A program made the position numbers and the translations under genes. A model generated the notes under the pieces. The model did not search any database, had not been told where the DNA came from, and saw nothing but the letters and a program-made list of their open reading frames with translations. Shown here piece after piece: positions 60,593-64,000 of a stretch of DNA of 64,000 bases. Numbering within the stretch: position 1 is the stretch's first letter; every line of letters starts with the position of its first letter. Source of the stretch: an uncultured Gemmataceae bacterium (GTDB taxonomy: Bacteria; Planctomycetota; Planctomycetia; Gemmatales; Gemmataceae); NCBI GenBank assembly GCA_963750165.1, contig CAVVPN010000003.1:1088001-1152000 (forward strand), read 5' to 3'.

Positions 60593-61306
60593 ATGAACCG
60601 CGAGTACCTAACGGCGGTGCGGCACCCGTGGGCGGCGGCGCTGTTCGTGCTGCCGCTGCTGGCGGCCTACGAGGCGGGCGTGCTCACGCAGAGCGCCCTG
60701 CCGGAGCAGGTGCGCAACGGCGCGGACCTGTGGCTGCGCGGCCTGCTGGCGTTGCTGGGGCTGTCGCCGCCCTACGCGGCGCCGCTGCTGCTGCTGGGGC
60801 TGCTGCTCTGCTGGGGCTGGCTGCGACGCAGCGACCGGCCGCGCGAACTGCTCGGCGTCTGGGTCGGCATGGCCTGCGAGAGCGTCGTCTTCGCGGTGGG
60901 GCTGTGGCTGCTGTCGCTGGGCATGATTCCGCTGCTGAACGGCGTGAACGTCTACCTGAACGTCGAGCACGACCCGGCGGTGGCGCACCTGCTCAGTTTC
61001 CTGGGCGCCGGCATCTACGAGGAGACGCTGTTCCGACTGCTGCTGTTCTCGGGCCTGGTGGCGCTGCTGCGGCAGCTGGAGTTCCCGGGCTGGTGGGCGG
61101 CGACGCTGGCGGGGCTGCTGTCGGCGCTGCTGTTCTCGCTGGCGCACCACGTCGGGCCGTGCGGCGAGGCGTTCGAGCCGTATGCGTTCCTGTTCCGCAC
61201 GCTGGCGGGGCTGTACTTCGCGGCGCTGTACCGGCTGCGCGGCTTCGGCGTCGCGGTCGGGGCGCACGCCGGTTATGACGTGCTCGTCGGGTTGCTGCTG
61301 GAGTAG
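60593..61306 (+). CDS. CPBP (CAAX/Abi) intramembrane metalloprotease
   Basis: GIYEE..FR, FSLAHH, AH..YD, multiple TMs. Confidence 0.9.
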   Translation: MNREYLTAVRHPWAAALFVLPLLAAYEAGVLTQSALPEQVRNGADLWLRGLLALLGLSPPYAAPLLLLGLLLCWGWLRRSDRPRELLGVWVGMACESVVFAVGLWLLSLGMIPLLNGVNVYLNVEHDPAVAHLLSFLGAGIYEETLFRLLLFSGLVALLRQLEFPGWWAATLAGLLSALLFSLAHHVGPCGEAFEPYAFLFRTLAGLYFAALYRLRGFGVAVGAHAGYDVLVGLLLE

Positions 61307-61313
61307 TCGAGGG

Positions 61314-61736
61314 TCAGGGGCGTGGGATGGGCGGCAACTTTCCCAGCCCGGCCGGGGGCGGCGGTGGTTCTGCTGTTGGCGCCGGTCTTCCGAGGGTGTT
61401 CACCCGCACTCGCATCACATTCGCGGCTTTGCTCACGTACTCGGGCTCAAGCTGACCGATCAGGTCCAGCGTCTGGACCACAAACCAGTACGTGCCGTCT
61501 TCCGGGGCCTTGAAAATGAACTTGGTTGCGCTTGGAGGTGATTCTTCCTGGAGCGCCCAGTTCTTGCCGTAATCCCGAGAGACGAACAGTCGCACCTTCT
61601 TGATCTGATCGCGGACTCGTGCGTCAATCTGAACCGGCATGGTGAACGTGCGCTTGTGGATGACGTAAGTGGGGTTCTCCTGCTGGCCCAGCGCCAGCAG
61701 CGCGAGACACAACACGCAGCTTTTTCCGACAAGCAT
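61314..61736 (-). CDS. Hypothetical secreted protein (Ig/fibronectin-like)
   Basis: GGAGG RBS, signal peptide, LFVS.D.G..W, F.F.AP.DG.YWF. Confidence 0.7.
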   Translation of the reverse strand: MLVGKSCVLCLALLALGQQENPTYVIHKRTFTMPVQIDARVRDQIKKVRLFVSRDYGKNWALQEESPPSATKFIFKAPEDGTYWFVVQTLDLIGQLEPEYVSKAANVMRVRVNTLGRPAPTAEPPPPPAGLGKLPPIPRP

Positions 61737-61876
61737 TGTCAACCCTCCCTGGAAGGCGAGCGCGGCCGACAGGTGATGCGGGCAGCGCGTCGCCGGATCG
61801 AATTTGGATAGAGTTGAGTGTATTCTAAACGCTAACGTCCGGTCAATGGTTCTCAAACCAGCGGAGGACAGCGGCG

Positions 61877-62485
61877 ATGCGGATCGGCATTTTCGGCGGC
61901 ACCTTCGACCCCGTCCACCTCGGCCACCTCATTCTCGCCGAGCAGTGCCGCGAACAGGGCCGCCTCGATCAGGTCTGGTTCGTGCCGTCCGCCCGGCCGC
62001 CGCACAAGGACGCGCCCGCCGTCACGCCGTTCGGCCAGCGCGTCGAGATGCTGCAACTCGCCGTCGCCGGTCAGCCCGCCTTCCGCATCGACGAACTGGA
62101 AAAGGACCGCCCCGGCCCCAGCTTCACCGCCGACACCCTGGAAGCGATCCACCAACGCCAGCCGCAGAACGAGCTGTTCCTGCTGCTCGGCGGCGATTCG
62201 CTGCACGACCTGCCGCAATGGTACGACCCGCAGCGCATCGTCCGCCACGCCGGCCTGCTGGTCATGGCCCGCGACGGCTGGGCGCTGCCATCGGCGGAGG
62301 AACTGCGGGTGGCGCTGCAGCTGCCGGCCGAGGTGCCGCTGCGGCTGGAGGTGGTGCAGGTGCCGGCCGTCGGCATCGCCAGCCGCGACCTGCGCCGCCG
62401 CGCCGCCGAGGGACGGAGTTTGCGCTACTTCGTGCCGCGGGCGGTCGAGGCGTATATTCACGACAAGCGGTTGTATCAGCGGTGA
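61877..62485 (+). CDS. nadD: Nicotinate-nucleotide adenylyltransferase
   Basis: GIFGGTFDPVHLGH, PPHK, SFT.DTL, G.D....L..W, V..YI....LY. Confidence 0.95.
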   Translation: MRIGIFGGTFDPVHLGHLILAEQCREQGRLDQVWFVPSARPPHKDAPAVTPFGQRVEMLQLAVAGQPAFRIDELEKDRPGPSFTADTLEAIHQRQPQNELFLLLGGDSLHDLPQWYDPQRIVRHAGLLVMARDGWALPSAEELRVALQLPAEVPLRLEVVQVPAVGIASRDLRRRAAEGRSLRYFVPRAVEAYIHDKRLYQR

Positions 62486-62572
62486 TCCGGGCAGACGCTT
62501 CTCGTTCCCGTGCCTGGACAGCGACGCTGGCACCGATTATCGTGGAGGTGGTTATTGAAAAGGGAGGCGAGC

Positions 62573-63070
62573 ATGAGTGTACCCGCGAGCGAGCACTGGG
62601 ACGGGATTGTTCGTCTGTTTGCCCTGCTGCGCTCACTGCCGAAGGAACAGCGGGGGACCCTCCAGGGGGATGTGCCCCGGGGAACGCCGCAGCACGAGCA
62701 ATGGCTCGTCGCGCAGAGCTTGGTGCGGTTTCTGGAAGGCGAGAACGACGAAACCGACCAAGAGCTTGCCAGTTACATGGTCGGGGCAGTGCCGTTCCGC
62801 CGATTCTTTGCGGACCGCGGCCCGCGCGAGGCGGAGGCTAAGGATGTCCGGGACCTGGAGACGCTACAAGCCTTCCGGGTCGCGCTGAAGAAGGCACACC
62901 GGGCGCTGATTACGGACGAGGTAAGGGAGTGGGCGAACCAAATCACCGATGAGGAGATTCGCGCTGGTCTGGAAGACATCAAGCAAAATGGCGGCTTTGG
63001 CATTGACGACATCATCGTCGAACTTGAGAAGGAACTTGAGGATCATGACCGAGCCGCGCGATCCGCCTGA
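62573..63070 (+). CDS. Hypothetical acidic protein, putative antitoxin
   Basis: GGGAGG RBS, acidic C-terminus EEIRAGLEDIKQNGGFGIDDIIVELE, overlaps the next gene. Confidence 0.55.
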   Translation: MSVPASEHWDGIVRLFALLRSLPKEQRGTLQGDVPRGTPQHEQWLVAQSLVRFLEGENDETDQELASYMVGAVPFRRFFADRGPREAEAKDVRDLETLQAFRVALKKAHRALITDEVREWANQITDEEIRAGLEDIKQNGGFGIDDIIVELEKELEDHDRAARSA

Positions 63071-63365
63071 GCGCTACCAGGTCTCTTACTCCGGACGGGT
63101 CCGCTCGGAACTCCGTGCGCTCCTCCTTCGGGCGATCGCCGCCGGCCACGGCAAGGACGCTCTGGCCGCCGCCAGGAAATTCAACGAAGCCCTCGAATGG
63201 TATCCGCAGGTCGGCGAGCCACTTCGCGACCTGAGTATGCCGGGTCAAACGCTCTACGTCGACGTCGTCGCGCCGCTGACCGTTCGATACATTATCGATG
63301 AGCCGCGGCGGATGGTGTTCGTTGTCTCCCCTTTCAAAGTGCTGCCCCGAGCAGGCTTTGCGTAA
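63045..63365 (+). CDS. Putative RelE/ParE-like toxin
   Basis: 106 aa; Y.V.YS.....EL..L, L...P..GEP, PL.V.Y.IDE..R.V.V pattern. Confidence 0.55.
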   Translation: MTEPRDPPERYQVSYSGRVRSELRALLLRAIAAGHGKDALAAARKFNEALEWYPQVGEPLRDLSMPGQTLYVDVVAPLTVRYIIDEPRRMVFVVSPFKVLPRAGFA

Positions 63366-63410
63366 CGCGCCGCTCACCCCGACTACCCTTGACTCTCCCC
63401 GAGGTGCCCC

Positions 63411-64000
63411 ATGCGATCCGTGGCCCTGCTCGCGCTGCTGGGCGTCGGCCTGACCGCCACCGCCGCCGAAGCTCAGTCGCCCGCCAAGCAACCCGCCAAG
63501 AAACGCCCCAACATCCTCATCGTCATCGCCGACGACTGGTCGTGGCCGCACGCCGGCGTTTACGGCGACAAGGTCGTCAAGACGCCGCACTTCGACAAGC
63601 TCGCCCGCCGCGGTCTGCTCTTCCACCGTGCCTACTGCGTCGCCTCCACCTGCACCCCCTCGCGCGGCGCCATCCTCACCGGCCAGACGATTCACCGCCT
63701 CCAGCAGGGCGGCAACCTGCACAGCATCCTGCCGAAAGAGTACCAGGTATTTCCCGACCTGCTGGAGCGCGCCGGCTACGTCATCGGCCTGGTCGGCAAA
63801 GGTTGGGGGCCGGGAGTGCTGACCGACAGCGGCCGCACGCGCAACCCCGCCGGGCCGCCGGCCAAGAACTTCGCAGCGTTCCTCAAGAGTGTGCCGCCGG
63901 ATCGGCCGTTCTATTTCTGGTACGGCAGCAAGGATCCGCACCGGCCCTACGAGGCGGGCGCCGGCGTCAAGGCGGGCATGAAGCTGGCGGACGTGAAGGT
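63411..64000 (+). CDS. Sulfatase (FGly-dependent), partial; runs off the window edge
   Basis: Signal peptide, RPNILIVIADD, TP.FD.LA..G..F, CTPSR..ILTG (CxPxR), GY.....GK, DPH.PY. Confidence 0.95.
   Translation, partial: MRSVALLALLGVGLTATAAEAQSPAKQPAKKRPNILIVIADDWSWPHAGVYGDKVVKTPHFDKLARRGLLFHRAYCVASTCTPSRGAILTGQTIHRLQQGGNLHSILPKEYQVFPDLLERAGYVIGLVGKGWGPGVLTDSGRTRNPAGPPAKNFAAFLKSVPPDRPFYFWYGSKDPHRPYEAGAGVKAGMKLADVK

Noticed and set aside
60593..61306. Abi-type phage defence gene
   Set aside because: CPBP proteases are common membrane enzymes and the context is not defence-like

Overview
A GC-rich window that looks like a Planctomycetota (Gemmataceae-like) genome, judged from the DUF1559/prepilin-type, TIGR03067, many PQQ-like propeller and sulfatase genes. 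Bases 0.3-15.3 kb form a co-directional cluster. It holds five secreted PQQ/BamB-like beta-propellers, two ANL-superfamily adenylating enzymes (PaaK-like and short EhpF/LuxE-like), an acylating-type aldehyde dehydrogenase/LuxC-like reductase and an Fe-alcohol dehydrogenase, and is interrupted by a nucleotidyltransferase gene and a hicAB pair. This putative acid-activation/reduction system is the best candidate for an uncharacterised system here. Next come a small-ORF + dCTP deaminase cassette, an SGNH-TPR/carbamoyltransferase/SxtJ/SxtK-like operon, WD40 and CorA-like genes, two Tat oxidoreductases, a DUF11 protein and a six-repeat TIGR03067+DUF1559 protein. A housekeeping block follows (secG, yicC, gmk, rpoZ, a sigma70 factor, rpsA, mutL, nadD), then a probable RelE/ParE-like TA pair and a partial sulfatase. 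Intergenic DNA holds many palindromic REP-like and tandem-repeat families, some nested, plus a dispersed MITE-like element. Nine genes carry single frameshifts, most likely sequencing errors. No rRNA, tRNA or CRISPR array was recognised. All family calls come from motif recognition by eye, not database searches.
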